64,000 nucleotides of DNA from the human T2T-CHM13v2.0 reference genome, Homo sapiens. Numbering within the stretch: the stretch's first letter is position 1; each line of letters opens with the position of its first letter. A program made the translations under genes and the position numbers. A model generated the notes under the pieces. That model made no database searches and was not told the DNA's origin. It worked only from the letters and a program-made list of their open reading frames with translations. The DNA is taken from assembly GCF_009914755.1 (NCBI RefSeq), contig NC_060943.1; one strand, given 5' to 3'. Positions 19,393 through 43,891 of the stretch are shown one piece after another.

Positions 19393-20351
19393 TTATTTTA
19401 TGATGCCCTAGTGTTTCACGTCATGTAGTTAAGACATGATATCAGAATGTCCATTAATTCCTGTGGTAGGTGCCATCGTACTTTCCTTCCTGGCATAAGA
19501 AGAAATGAGTCTCTGTGTGGCTGTCCTGATATGGGGTCGACTTTTTAAACCTACTTTAGTCATGAGGCAGATTCCTGTAATTTTATACTCCAATCAGTGT
19601 ATCTACATTTTATCAAGGTCTTTAAAGATTTATTCATAATTGGTATCAGCCTCTGGGGTAATGTTTTACATGTCAATGGAAACCGGTGAAAAATAAAATT
19701 ATGAAATTAAATGTCACCTGTGTAAAATATAAAGACCAGGTATAAAATAGAAATTAAATATGTATGTTCATTATTGGAAGAACCCCGCTAACTGGCTTTG
19801 ACAGTAGAGCATGGTGGTTAATGCACTCTGAAATCAGCCCAGACAAGATCAGTCCCCATTCTACCCCAAACATGGTGTGAATTTACACAAATCATGTCAC
19901 CTCTCTGTGCTTGAGTCCTCTTTGTCTTTATAATGGTGGTACCTGGCTCATCGATTATGAAGAATATGGAGGTGAATACATGTCTGTTCTTCACAGCAAA
20001 GAGCAATTCATTGCAAATACACTTAAAATAGGACACATCCAAATATGGCGAATTCTTCATACTAGAAAGTAACTTTATTATTTCTGTTGCATTTCAGCTG
20101 GGTTTATTTTTATTTTTATTTTTATATATTTACTTATTTATTTATTTTGAGACGGTGTCACTTTATCATCCAGGCTGGCGTGCAGTGGCGCGATCTTGCC
20201 TCACTGCAGCCTCAACCTCCTGAGTTCAAGGGATCCTCCTACCTCAGCCCCCACCAAGTACCAGCTGCCTTTTTAATGTCACTCATGCATCACGTTCCCT
20301 GCAGGATCCTGTGTCTCTGAAGATAAGTAGCAGCCTGTGAGAACTGACAGA

Positions 20352-21280
20352 ATGGCTGCTGGGATGTGGCCATGGGAATGATCTTCTTATCACAGACTGT
20401 ACTTGGAATCCTGGGAATTTCTATCTTATTTACCATTATCTGTCCTTTTACATCACTGGGTGCAGGTTAAGGTCCACAGATTTGATGATCAGACACCTAA
20501 TTGTAGCCAACACGTTATTCCTCCTCCCTAGAGGAGTCCCACAGACAATGGCAGCTTTTGGGTTTAGGCATTTCCGGAGTGATTCTGGATGTAAATTTCT
20601 TTTTTGTGTCCACAGAGTTGTCAGGGGAGTGTCCATTGGCAGCACCTGCCTCCTGAGTGTCTCCCAGGCCATCACCATCAGCCCCAGGAGCTCAGGTGGG
20701 CAGAGCTTAAAGGGAACGCCCCCAAGCACGCTGGCTCCTGTGTGTTCCTCAGCTGGCTCCTCCCTGGTCAATATCATTGTTCTCATGCACGTGACCGGCA
20801 AGTGGAGCAACAAAAATACCACGAAGACAAAAGATCTGGGATACTGTTCTGCTGCTGATCACGAGGGCACCAGAGAGTCGCTGACGCGGCACTGCTGTCC
20901 TTCCCTGATGTGATCTGCCTGGGGCTCATGCTCTGGGGCAGCAGCTCCATCGTTTGCATCCTGCACAGGCACAAGCGGCGGGTCCAGCACATTCATAGGA
21001 CCAGCGTGTCCCCCACATCCTCCCCTGAGTCCGGAGCTACCAAAACCATCCTCCTGGTGAGCACGTTTGTGTCCTTTTACACTCTCTCTTCACCTTTCAA
21101 GTTTGTTTGGCTCTTTTGAATAATCCCAGTCAGCTGGTGGTGAACATCTCTGCAATGATCAGTGCAGGTTTCCCAACTGTCAGCCCCTTTCTTCTCATGA
21201 GTGGAGACTCCAGTGTATCCAAGCTTTGCTTTGCTTGGCTGAATAACACAAAAACCCCTGATCTTTTCAGAAATATGTGA
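20352..21280 (+). pseudogene. Vomeronasal type-1 receptor (V1R, VN1R4-like) pseudogene
   Basis: Reconstructed peptide GMIFLSQTVLGILGNF...GCRLRSTDLMIRHLIVAN...GVPQTMAAFG...GCKFLFCVHRVVRGVSIGSTCLLSVSQAITISP...RHKRRVQHIHR...SPESGATKTILLVSTFVSFY...FPTVSPFLLM; intronless with at least six frameshifts. Confidence 0.9.
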
Positions 21281-21344
21281 ATTGGATATGTCTGTACAAT
21301 GTTTATGTTTCTTCATTGATCTCTATAGACCCATAAACACGGTT

Positions 21345-22863
<1,519 letters not shown>

Positions 22864-24065
22864 GTCCTACTTTTTTTTTTTCAGATGGGATCTCACTCTG
22901 TCGGCCAGGCTGGAATGCAATGGTGCCAACTTGGCTCAGTGCAACCTCCCCACCCCGGGCTCCAACAATCCTCCCATCTCAGCCTCTGAAGTAGCTGGGA
23001 CTACAGGTGTGCCTCATCACCATGGGCTATTTTTATTTTTGTATTTTGTAGAGGCAAGGTCTTGCCATGTTTCTCAGGCTGGTCTCAAACTCCTGGGCTC
23101 AAGTGATCTGCCCACTTGGGCCTCCCAAAGTGCTGGGATTACAGACGTGAGCCACCGTACCTGGCCTAAAACTCTTTTACTCCTGTTGCATGCAAGGATT
23201 TAAGTCACCAACGTACGTGGATTCCAGCAAGAAGGGTCAGTAGACGCAGGGGTGGGTAAAGGTGCTAAGGATGGTGGGGTGAAGTGTGGCTGCAAACAGG
23301 CAGAAAGAGACAAGCTTCTGACCCTGAATAGTCACCAAATGCTGGATGGTGCAATGCTAAGAATGCAGCACAGGCCGGGCGTGGTGGCTCACACCTGTAA
23401 TCCCAGCGCTTTGGAAAGCCAAGGTGGGTGGATCATGAGGTCAAGAGATCGAAACCATCCTGGCCAACATGGTGAAACCCCGTCTCTACTAAAAATACAA
23501 AAATTAGCTGGGCGTGGTGGCATCTCTTTGTCTGTGTCTTTATTTATTACAATCTCTCATCTCCGCATACAGGCGTTATCTCCTGTCCGGGGAAGAGGTG
23601 GGCCTCTCTCCGTCGTGGGAGGAGCTCTGAACTTCTCCTTCATCCAGGGATGGGCCCCAGGGACCCACCAGTGGGGCTGGGAGAAGCCCCCCTCAGCAGG
23701 AAGACAGAGGTGCCTGGGTGGCCGAGGCCTGGAAGGTCTGCACCATGGTGCACAGAGGCCCCGGAGCTGGGTGAGGCCAGAAAGCTGCTCTGGGGTCAGC
23801 GGGGAATGTGCCTGCTGAATCTGTACCTGAGCTACGTCTTCACAAATGGCCTCAGACCTAGAGTGCAGGGAGATCCCCTGGCTTTTCTGAAGTGGTGGCA
23901 GGTGGTCTCCTGGGTAGCAGGATCTGGGCTGCTTACTTCCCTTACCCAGTGAGGGCCCGCGGGGAGCTCTTAAGTTGGGCATCATGGGGCTGCGTGATGT
24001 GGCTGCTGTGCCCACATCAGAGGGTTTTTGTTTCTTTTCCAAAGTCAAGCTGCACTAATCTAGAC

Positions 24066-24397
24066 CAGGGATCCCCACCCCTGGGCTGCAGACCGGTCCC
24101 CATGGGTGGCCTGTTAGGAACTGGACCGCACAGCAGGAGGTGAGCAGTGGGTGAGTGCGCGTGACCACCTGAGCTCTGCCTTCTGTGAGATCAGCAGCGC
24201 CACTGCATCTCAGAGGAATGCCAACCCTACTGTGAACTGTGCATGCGAGGGATCTGGGTTGCATGCTCTTTATGAGATCAAACTAATGCCTGATGATCTC
24301 AGGTGGAACAGTTTAATCCTGAAACCATCCCCCCATCTGTGGAAAAACTGCCTTCCACTAAACCAGTCCCTGGTGCCAAAAACACTGGGAACCGCTA
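24066..24397 (+). mobile_element. MER1B (hAT-Charlie non-autonomous DNA transposon)
   Basis: Degraded TIRs CAGGGATCCCC...GGGGACCGCTA, 332 bp, perfect 8-bp TSD ATCTAGAC. Confidence 0.88.
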
Positions 24398-24689
24398 ATC
24401 TAGACAGTTCTCTGCTAAGGAAGCACGTGGTTGAGAAGCATCAGAATCGTTCCCACGGACCATGCTCCGGAGTCTCAGCAGGCTCCTGCAGGTGAGCCCC
24501 ACTGGCCTCTCCTCTTCCTTCCGGACCTCCTCAGCTTTGGTAATGGAAAGCTGCATCCTCTTCTGTCCCCAGTTCCTCTCTGGGTGTCAGGATCTCTAAA
24601 ACCCTCTCAGCCGCTGAGAAGTCTGTCTGTCTGTCTCACAGTGTGTTTATCCGTGCATCATGAAGGACCCTCATACGGCTGACGTGCCT

Positions 24690-25490
24690 TGGCTGATGCG
24701 AATAACACTGCAGCAAGCGTGGCAGTGCAGATAGCTCTTGGAAATACCCATTTCCTTCAGACGCATACTCAGAGGTAGGATTGCTGGATTGTTTGGTCAT
24801 TTTGATTTTTAAAATTAAAAAGAATTTTAATTCTCATATTGTTTTGAGTAAAATTAAATTATAACTTGTAAGGCAACTCCATGTTTTTTAGAATTTTTAA
24901 GAAAAATAATTGCTCTACCAATTGACTGTCCCAACAACAACGTACAGGGGTATTTTTTTTCCTCCGCATCCTCACCACTTGTTACCTTTTGTCTTTTTAA
25001 TAATAGCAATCCTAAGACATGTGAAGTGATACCTCACTGTGATTTTGATTGGCATTTTCCAGATGATTAGTCTATTCAGGCCCTTTACTTTTTTTTGTTG
25101 TTGTTGTTGTTTTTGAGATGGATTCTCACTCTGTTGCCCAGGCTGGAGTGCGATGGCACGATCTCGGCTCACTGCAACCTCCGCCTTCCGGGGAGGCGTG
25201 ATTAGCCACCACGCCCGGCTAACTTTTGTATTTTAGTAGAGATGAGGTTTCACCATCTTGGCCAGGCTGGTCTCGACCCCCTGATCTCAGGTGATCCACT
25301 TTGCCCAGCCTCCCAAATTGTTGGGATTACAGGTGTGAGCCACCACGCCCAGCCCCTTTGCTCTTTTTTAATAGGGTTATTACTATTACCATATTTGCTT
25401 TTGAGTTGTGAGTGTTCCTTATATATTTTGGATATAAACTCCTTATCACAGGTATGGTATATATGGTTTGAAATATTTTCTCCCATTATC
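24690..25490 (-). mobile_element. Old L1M fragment interrupted by an Alu
   Basis: aatagcaatcctaagacatgtgaagtgatacctcactgtgattttgatt and gttccttatatattttggatataaactccttatcac are L1 ORF2 3' region, reverse strand. Confidence 0.7.
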
Positions 25491-25616
25491 ATGCCCCAAT
25501 ATCACTAAGTTACATTTCACTGCTCCCTCTTGAACACCTGAAAAAATTTCCTATTTCCATGTGTCTGTATCCAGGTTATTGTCACTTTTACCTGAAGACA
25601 CATTTATATATGCTGA

Positions 25617-25802
<186 letters not shown>

Positions 25803-27191
25803 TAGCTAATTTTTTTGTATTTTTATTAGAGATGCGGTTTCACCACATGGGTCAGGCTGGTCTTGAACTCCGGACGTCATATGATCCACCCGCCCTTGGT
25901 CTCCCAAGGTGCTGGGATTATAGGCATGAGCCGCTGCACCCGGCCCTAACTAATATATTTTAAATAACTTTTTGCTCTTGGCACATGGACTAAAACCACA
26001 TCACCAGGCCTTCAATGACGTCCAATGTCTGCCATCTTATTTCCACTCCAGCTCCGCCCCAGGCATAGTTGCCTTTCTTTTTATTGAAGCCTTCTCCTTG
26101 CCAAGTTAATTAAAGAGAATGTTTTCTTCATCAAATTAGAAATTACATCCTCAGAGCTTTCCAGTATTTGTAGTTCTTACAGGCCACATTTATTACAAGT
26201 TTATAGACTCCAAACTTCTCCACTGAACAGTTAATAAAAAGGACACAGGCTTATTGTAAAATAATTCATTTAGTGCCTGCCATTCTGATTACACTAGAAA
26301 TTTAGTTCTCCTGCTCAGCGTTCTGCTATGTGACTGTTCAATGCATTACTTAAAACTGCAAGATTGAATAGAGAGATCAGCTTCTGACACTGATGAATGC
26401 AAACCACAAGAAACCAAGTCTCCTCTGCAAAATGATGAAAACACTCGCAAAGTCACTAAAATCAATCATTTCAGACTTCTGAAATTTACCAAAGCCACAG
26501 AACAAAGTGAAAAGTATCTATCCCACAGAAAGTACCAAACTTCAGTAAGACAGCAGCATTTGTGTCATTTTAATGTGGAGGCATTACCATTACCCTCCAT
26601 CCTTCGTTCAGTGTAGAGCACTGACCTCTTTTGAAGCTCCTTTTAAACACCTCCTATCAGGCCAGTCGCGGTGGCTCAAGCCTGTAATCCCAGCACTTTG
26701 GACGACAGAGCGAGACTCCATCTGAAAAAAAGAAAGAAAAAAAAAAGAGAAAGTGACTTTTCAAGACTGTGATTTATGGTCTCCCCTGGGAACCAACAGT
26801 ATCTGTGCTGAGAGCAGATATTTGGGTGGAAGGGGCTCTGGTGTGCAGGGCATGCCTTCTGTAGCTCAGTGCTTCTGACAATGGGTCCGAGGGGAGAAAC
26901 ATTGGCATTAACAGGGAACTTGTTAAAGATGCCAATTTATAAATGCTACCTCAAACCTGCAGAATCAAACATTATTACAGTGGGTTGTGGAGTGCCAGAT
27001 GACTTATATTCACCTTAAAGCTTGAGAGTCAGTGCTTAGCTAAGAGGCTCTCAGCCCAGGCTTCCAGTTGGATCAAATGGTCATATTCAGTTACTACCAT
27101 CACCTGTGCCCTCCCCATAGCGTCTGTCTATTGGTGTCGGGGGAAACATCCATGCTGTTTCAATTAACTACCCTGCCCCCAGGTGATTCTA

Positions 27192-28240
<1,049 letters not shown>

Positions 28241-28537
28241 CCTTAATGGGTTGTATAGAACAGTAAAGTTTCTTTCTCTTTTTTCAACCTCTTAGCTGTT
28301 TGCCTGTATTTCGCATCACAATCTGGTCTAAGGCTTATTTATTAATGAAATGGTTTTAATTTCTTTCTCTATGATCATCGTGGAGATGATTTCTCATTTG
28401 GAGAAAGACTTTTTGTTTGTTTTCAATTATATTTTCTCAACAATTAGACAGTGAAGTAAAAAGTATTTTGGGGGGGCCAGGCACAGTGGCTCACGCCTGT
28501 AATCCCAGTACTTTGGGAGGCCGAGGCAGGTGGATCA

Positions 28538-28873
<336 letters not shown>

Positions 28874-28929
28874 TCAAAATTTTATTTTAACGTTAAAAAA
28901 TGGAGGAAAAAAGAGAGAGAGACGAGGGA

Positions 28930-30200
28930 GGGAGTCCTGAGGGAGGGGTGTTACTTTGTCGCCCAGGCTGGCCTGGACCCCCAGGCTCAGCGATCCTCTC
29001 GCCGCTGCTTCCTGAGTAGCTGGGAACTCAGGCTCCCGCCCCCGCGCCTGAATCCTTGCTGTGTTTATCCAGCAGGTCGCCCCTGGCTGGCCTGAGCATT
29101 CCGTCCCGCATCCCAGGGGGAGGCCCTAGGGAAGTCTCTGCAGCTGAGCACGGGGTGGACTCTCCCTCCTGAGTGAGTGGAGAATAGAAAGGGAGAGGAT
29201 TTCTGTTCTGTTCTGTGGGCCGTCAGCATGAAATCGTACGTTCCGCCCAGGCAGGGCCTTGCATTTTACATTCTAGTTTGTATCCCGTTCCAGACAATTC
29301 CAGGGCTTTTGAGTCCATGCGTCAGCCTTCCTGGGCGGTCTCACCTTCACCACCCGAAAACAGGTGCTAGGAGAGAAGCTGAGAGGAGCACCGGTCACGC
29401 CCCGGCCCCGCCCTCTGCCGGCTCTAAAGCGCAAGGTCTCTCCGCCTCGCGCCCCGCCCCTGCCTCGTCCAGGCCCCGCCCACCTCCTTGCGGGTCCCGC
29501 CCAGGCCTGGCTTCTGCTCTGCGCGCGCAGATTCGCGCAGACCAGGAAGCGGATAGCGTGGAGTGACGGTGCCACCGCGGCGCGTGAGTTTCGCCCTGTC
29601 TTGTATTAAGTCTGCTCTTCCAGGTTCCTGGCGCTTCTGTACCTGGGACTTGGGATCCCCACAAACCTGGAAATTCTCAGCCGTCTTCCTTCACTCAGAG
29701 CAAATTGAGACGACCTCGTGAGAGGCCGTGGGTCGGTTCCTTTTGGGTTTAAGGTCCCCCTGAGGCTGGTCCCGTCCCGGGTGTTTCTGCTACAGGGCAA
29801 TGTATACACTTTCTAACCTGTAGTTTTCCTGCTGTAAACCTTTTTCTGACTCCTCCCGCCCCGCGCTTTTTAAAGTCCTCACCTGAGAGGTGGATTCTCG
29901 CCTTTGTCGGCCCCTGGAGCCCAGCGCCGCTGCCCCAGTCCCGGAAAGGCCGCGTCCTCTGCCTGGTCCTAGGATCCTGCAGACCCCACCCTTGCCTTAA
30001 GGTGCTGTCGCCCCTTCACCTCCCTCCTTGTGCCGGGCCCTGCTGCTCCACGGGTTTCGCCTCCACAATCACCGCTTCCCCTGAGCCCGCGTTGGGGAGG
30101 TGCCCGGGGCCTGTCCTGTGACGCGGGGTGTTACTGCCTGCCCAGCTCCAGCCCCTGGAAAATGCGCTCCCCCGGGATGCAGGCGTCTTACTCCAAACCC
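28930..30200 (+). promoter_or_regulatory. CpG-island promoter of ZNF761/TPM3P9
   Basis: CpG-dense, with GC boxes (gccccgcccc), NRF1-like TGCGCGCGCA at 29520-29529, ETS-like CAGGAAG, and donor GC|GTGAGT at 29583/29584. Confidence 0.88.
29539..29583 (+). other. ZNF761: Non-coding exon 1 of ZNF761 (5' end approximate)
   Basis: Consensus 5' splice donor gtgagt at 29584-29589 inside the CpG island. Confidence 0.7.
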
Positions 30201-30229
30201 TCCTGTGACTGTGTGGGCCAAAGGGATCA

Positions 30230-30658
30230 GGAGACGGACAGAGAGCAGTGGAAAACCTGAGACAGAAAAGAAGAATGAGAAAGACCTATAACAGATGGCA
30301 AAGTAGAGGATGGGTGAGGGATTTGCCAAGAGACAGCAAAAGTGAAAAGAAAACGATAAGAAAGCAGGAGGAGAAAAGCAAGTGCAGAAATGTAGAGAAA
30401 AGCTGGATGTACAGAGAGATGAAGGACAGCAAGGTAGGGAGAGGGACAGCAAAGAGGGAGGCTCATCAGGGTGAGGGAGAGGAGGAGGGATTTGGAGCCA
30501 GGGCAGACAGAGCAGAGTGGTGCTGGTGGCAAGGAGAACAGAGGGAGAAGCACAGCAGGGAGGACACCTGGGGATCTGGGGTGCTAGAGAGTGGGGACAG
30601 GGGGGTATAACAGGGAAGAGAGAATTTAACGGGGAGAGCAAAGGAGGCGCAGAGATGG
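30230..30658 (+). repeat. GA-rich low-complexity tract
   Basis: Strong purine bias on the + strand. Confidence 0.7.
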
Positions 30659-31133
30659 TGTTCCGGGAAACTGAGGACTAGACAGACTGATATGGGGGAG
30701 ACAAAAGGATGTTTATTTAAGATACGCACCGGCTCAGTGGATTTACATCTAAAAAGCTGAGCATTTCAACAAAGACGGAGTGGGGTTTTTTGCTTTCAGA
30801 AGCAGAATAAAAGCAGTTAATCATATAATGATAGGTCATGTAATCTATAGCATAGCATAACTTGTGTCCTTCCATAGCTGGTGGCCTCGTAGCTGAGTTG
30901 AAAGAAAAACAAGAACAGCTAAATACACACATTTGTCCTTTTTTTTTTTTTCTTCACTCTTGTTCTGGGAAGGTGGGGGGCTGTCTGGAGCCCATTTCTT
31001 TGGCTTCGACTTCGCCAAGTCGAGCTTGCTAGGCAGAGGAAAACTTGTTCTTCTTTTCTTTTTAACCCTTGCCTTGCCTGTTACTTTTCTTGGAGTGAAT
31101 GAATGCATGTTTGTTTTTTAACTTTCTGCCTCA
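30659..31133 (-). mobile_element. 3' LTR of a class I ERV (LTR15/HERV15-like)
   Basis: On the minus strand a polypurine tract (aagggagaaaac) precedes TGAGGCAGAAAG..., which ends ...CCCGGAACA; AATAAA is present; 475 bp. Confidence 0.75.
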
Positions 31134-37590
<6,457 letters not shown>

Positions 37591-39351
37591 AAGAGGCTGG
37601 GTGCTGTGGCTCACTCCTGTAATCCCACCATTTTCAGAGACTGGGGCAAGGGCATTGCTTGAGTACAGGAGTTCGAGACCAGCCTGGGCAACATAGTGAG
37701 ACCCCCCCGTCTTGGCCAAAAATAAATAAATAAAATGAACCAGGCATGATGGTGCACATCTGTGCTCCCAATTACTCTGGAGGCCAAGGCAGGAAGATCA
37801 CTTGAGCCCAGGAAGTCCAGGCTGCTGTCAGCTGAGATCATGCCACTGCACTCCAGCCTGGTCAACAGAGTGAGACCCTGTCTCAAAAGAATAAAAGGGG
37901 TGGGGGACTTTGGGTTCAGATGAGTGGGTGAGTTCACTGGGTATGATTACTTGTGACATGTTGACTTCTGTGTATATAATCTAATAACTTAAAATTTGTT
38001 TAAATTATACAGATGAGATTGAGAACTTAAAAATTCCTATCTATAAGGCATGTACATTGTATAAATCTTGGCATAGAGGTCAGCTTCCACTTGGAATCCC
38101 TATTCAGCCAGAGGGCAGTGACTTATTCAGTTGTGAATTATTCTGTTCCCTTTTTGCAGGATGGGGTAGGAAGTGGGGCAGTGAAGTGGGAAAAAAATCT
38201 ATTTCTGTTATTACATAATACTTTTAATTAAATTAATTAATAATTAGTATTTTGAGACAGGGCCTGGCTCTATCGCCCAGGATGGAGTGCAGCATGATCT
38301 CTTCTAACTGCAGCCTCGACCTCCTGGGCTCAAACCATCCTCCTACCTCAGCTTCCTGAGTAGCTAAGGTCACAGGCATGAGCCACCAAGTCAGGCAAGT
38401 TTTGTACATTTTTTGCAGAAACGCGTTTCCCTACGTTTCCCAGGCTGGTCTCAACATCCTGAGCTCCAAGGATCTTCCTGCCTTGGCCTCCCAAAATACT
38501 GGGATTACAAGGATAAGCCACCACACCTGGTCTACATAGTACTTTTCAAAAGGGATATCAAAACGTGGTGGCCCCTGCCATTAACCACAGCACTTTGGGA
38601 GACAGAGGCGAGTGGGTCACCTAAGGTGAGGAGTTCAAGAGCAGCCTGGCCAACATGGTGAAACCTGGTCTCTGCTAAAAATACAAAAGTTAGCCAGGCA
38701 TGGTGGTGTGCACCTGTAGTCACAGCTACTGGGGAGGCTGAGGCATGAGAATCACTTAAACTTGGGAGGTAGTGGTTGCAGTGAGCAAAAATCCTGCCAC
38801 TGCACTGCAGCCTGGGTGGCAGAGCAAGTCTCCATCTCACAAAAACAAGCAAACAAAAAATAAAAAACAAAAGGGACGTCAAAAGTGCTTTTGTTTTCAT
38901 GTGTAATAGATTTACTTTATTTTATTTCTGTTTCTTCAATTCTTTATTTTACTTATTTATTTATTTATTTTGCAGTTTGAGACAAATGTTAGTTTCGGTT
39001 TTTTTTGTTTTTTGTTTTTTTTTTGGCAGAATCTCATGCAGTCACCCAGGCTGGAGTGTAGAAGCATGATGTCGGTTCACTGCAACCTCTGCCTCCTGGT
39101 TTCAGGTGATTCTTTTGCCTCAACCTCCTGAGTATGTGGGACTACAGGCCCGCACCACCACACCCAGCTAATTTTTGTACTTTTAGCAGAAATGGGGTTT
39201 CACCATGTTGGCCAGGCTGGCCTTGAACTCCTGACCTCAGGTGATCCACCCGCCTTGGCCTCCCCAAAGTGCTGGGATTACAGGCATGAATGACCATGCC
39301 TGGCTGAGATAAATCTTAGTTTTCAAAATTTCTTTTTTAATTCATAATCAC

Positions 39352-40446
39352 AGAGAGGAGTCTGCAATGCCGAGTGGAGGAAGGAGGAACCGGAGTGTGA
39401 GCAGTAGCTGGGTGGGCACCATGGCTGGGATCACCACCATCGAGGCAGTGAAGCGCAAGATCCAGGTTCTGCAGCACCAGGCAGATGATGCAGAGGAGTG
39501 AGCTGAGCACCTCCAGTGAAAAGCTGAGGGAAAAAGGTGGGCCTGGGAACAGGCTGAGGCTGAAGTGGCCTCCGTGAACGGTAGGATCCAGCTGGTTGAA
39601 GAGGAGCTGGACTGTGCTCAGGAGCGCCTGGCCACTGCCCTGCAAAAGCTGGAAGAAGCGGGAAAAGCTGCTGATGAGAGTGAGAGAGATACAAAGGTTA
39701 TTGAAATCTGGGCCTTAAAAGATGAAGAAGATGGAACTCCAGGAAATCCAACTCAAAGAAGCTAAGCACATTGCAGATGAGGCAGATGGGAAGTATGAAG
39801 AGGTGGCTTGTAAGTTGGTGATCATTGAAGGAGACATGGGATGCACAGAGGAACGAGCTGAGCTGGCAGAGTCCCGTTGCTGAGAGATGGATGAGCAGAT
39901 CAGACTGATGGACCAGAACCTGAAGTGTCTGAGTGCAGCTGAAGAAAAGTACTCTCAAAAAGAAGACAAATGTGAGGAAGAGAGGAAGATTCTTACTGAT
40001 AATCTTAAGGAGGCAGAGACCCATGCTGAGTTGGCTGAGAGATCAGTAGCCAAGCTGGAAAAGACAATTGATGACTTGGAAGATAAACTGAAATGCACCA
40101 AAGAGGAACACCTCTGTACACAAAGGATGCTGGACCAGACTCTGCTTGACCTGAATGAGATGTAGAATGCCCCAGTCCCACCCTGCTGCTGCTCCTTCCT
40201 CTGACCCTGACTCCGCCTGAGGCCAGCCTGCCCGAAGCTGACCTTTACCTGAGGGCTGATCTTCAATTGGAAGGCTGCTTTCTCCTCTCACCACCCCCTC
40301 CTCCCCTGCCTCTTTTTCACCAAACTGTCTCTGCCTCTTCCTGGAGATTCCAGCTGGGCTAGAGGCTGAGAACCTTTGCAAACAACATTTAAGGGAATGT
40401 GAGCCCAATGCATAATGTCTTTAAAAATCATGTTGTGAAAAAAAAA
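39352..40446 (+). pseudogene. TPM3P9: TPM3 (Tpm3.1-type isoform) processed pseudogene in ZNF761 intron 1
   Basis: Intronless MAGITTIEAVKRKIQVLQ (ATG 39421) to [14 protein letters not shown] (40165). Three Arg>TGA stops and a frameshift near 39730; short A tail; 13-bp TSD AATTCATAATCAC / AATACATAATCAC (39339-39351 / 40445-40457). Confidence 0.93.
39887..40165 (+). CDS. TPM3P9: Candidate 92-aa microprotein (C-terminal tropomyosin coiled coil) within TPM3P9
   Basis: Open frame MDEQIRL...DLNEM with a good Kozak context (gagATGG). I recall a published report of a 92-aa TPM3P9 microprotein; this cannot be verified from the sequence. Confidence 0.45.
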
Positions 40447-40896
40447 TACATAATCACTTCTGAAAGATGCCTTTGTCACATCCTATAATCAGCTCACATC
40501 ATTTTTTTCTGTACAAGTATATTTTCCAGTTATTTACCTGTTGACCCCAGAATTTGTTAGATTTTTTAAAAAACAATTTCTAAATAGTTTCTGTTTGAAA
40601 CTAGTTGCGTCCAGTTCAGATCAAGGTCTGCATGCTTTCTAGTCTTTATTATTTATTGGAAAACTTCGGTACCTAATACAAAAGTTTGATTGTTTCAGTG
40701 TGTACCTGGTAAAGAATCAGTGACCTTTTACCTTAACATCAAAATGTAGTTTAACCAGTTAATGTATTTTTCAGTTTTCTTTCCTTATGTCATCTGTGAA
40801 CATCTTGAGCTGTGAGCTATTAAGTGCATGCTTCCCTCAAGGCCCTCTGGTCCATTCTGGACTAATGTTGAAAGATGGGATGGATTGGCATGGAAC

Positions 40897-42713
<1,817 letters not shown>

Positions 42714-43780
42714 TGATTGAAAAAATTTGCTTATGTCTTAGTTCTACAGCTGACCCTCTTTCGCTATTTTCAAGGTCAATAGCTGTGTGTTCACACTTCT
42801 GCATTTTATAAATGTTACTGTGATTTTCTTCTAAGGAAAAATTAAATGTCAGGAATCAGTGGCATCAGAACCTTGCAAAAGAAGTTTCTTTAGCCCAGGC
42901 CTGTGAAAGATGCTTCTGTAATTTTCAAGGATAGGGGTGATAAAGACCAAGCCTTCCCATTAGCCCTTCCAGGCCCCCATGTAAGAATTCAGGCACACCT
43001 TCTCACTCATCTCAGACCTTCTCAGGGTAACTTGGTGAAAATTTCCCTGCTCTGAGCCCAGTGAGCCTCCCTGCAACTTGGAGATGAGGGGCTAGACCAG
43101 AAAAGCTCAACCCGAGTGACCCTGGCCCCTGAAATGATCGGCAAAATAGTGCATGTCTTGGCGTGGCCTTTCTTCTGGCAGAGGGGAGTGCCCAGCTGTA
43201 ATTAGAATTTTAAATGGGATGCAGTACCCCAAAAATAAAATTAAAAAAAAATTTTTAAAAAAACGTGAAAGAATGCAAGAAATAGAGGTGTAGACTCAGA
43301 CACAGAGACCATCTTCGAGGCCTTTCTCTGTATGAGGACATCACAGCAAAATCTAAAGCAGGTCATGTCAGTCCCTGGCAGGGAACCCTCCACCGGCTTC
43401 CCGTGTTCCCCAGAACAAAAGCCCAACTCCTCACTGTGGCTCCACAGCCCTGTGTCCAGGGCCCCTGCCAGCGTCCAGCCTCCTCCTGGGAACTTGCCCT
43501 CATCTCATGACTCCCTCTGCCCCAGTCACATTTGCTTTTCTGTTTTCCCAGATATCAAAACCCTTCCTGTCTCAGGTTGCTGTCCCTGCTCTTACCCTAT
43601 GTCCCTAAATGATCACGGCCCTGTGCCTTTCTTCTTCAGGTCTAGGCTCAGAGATGTCTCCCATGCCCTCCCAACCCCATCTGAAGTTCCCTCTGCCCAT
43701 CAGTCTCTATCATGTTACTCAGGTTTTATTATCTCTACATCAATCACATCAGAATTTTTTTTTCTTTTTTTTGGAGACAG

Positions 43781-43891
43781 GGTATTGCCCGGGCTGTGAG
43801 TGCAGTCTCATGATCTTGGGTCACTGCAACCTCTGTTTCCTGGGTTCAAGTGATTCTTGTGCCTCAGCATCCCACGTAGCTGAGATTACAG
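43781..43891 (+). other. ZNF761: Antisense-Alu-derived 5'UTR exon of ZNF761 (111 nt)
   Basis: Poly-T tract then ggagacag| acceptor; donor CAG|GTATGT made from Alu gattacaggcgtg. Matches my recollection of the annotated exon structure. Confidence 0.7.

Noticed and set aside
20482-20913. 143-aa ORF as a functional V1R receptor
   Set aside because: Covers only part of the 7TM bundle, includes a frameshifted segment and is flanked by further frameshifts.
30069-30641. 190-aa Leu/Ser/Pro-rich minus-strand ORF
   Set aside because: Product of the GA-rich low-complexity tract.
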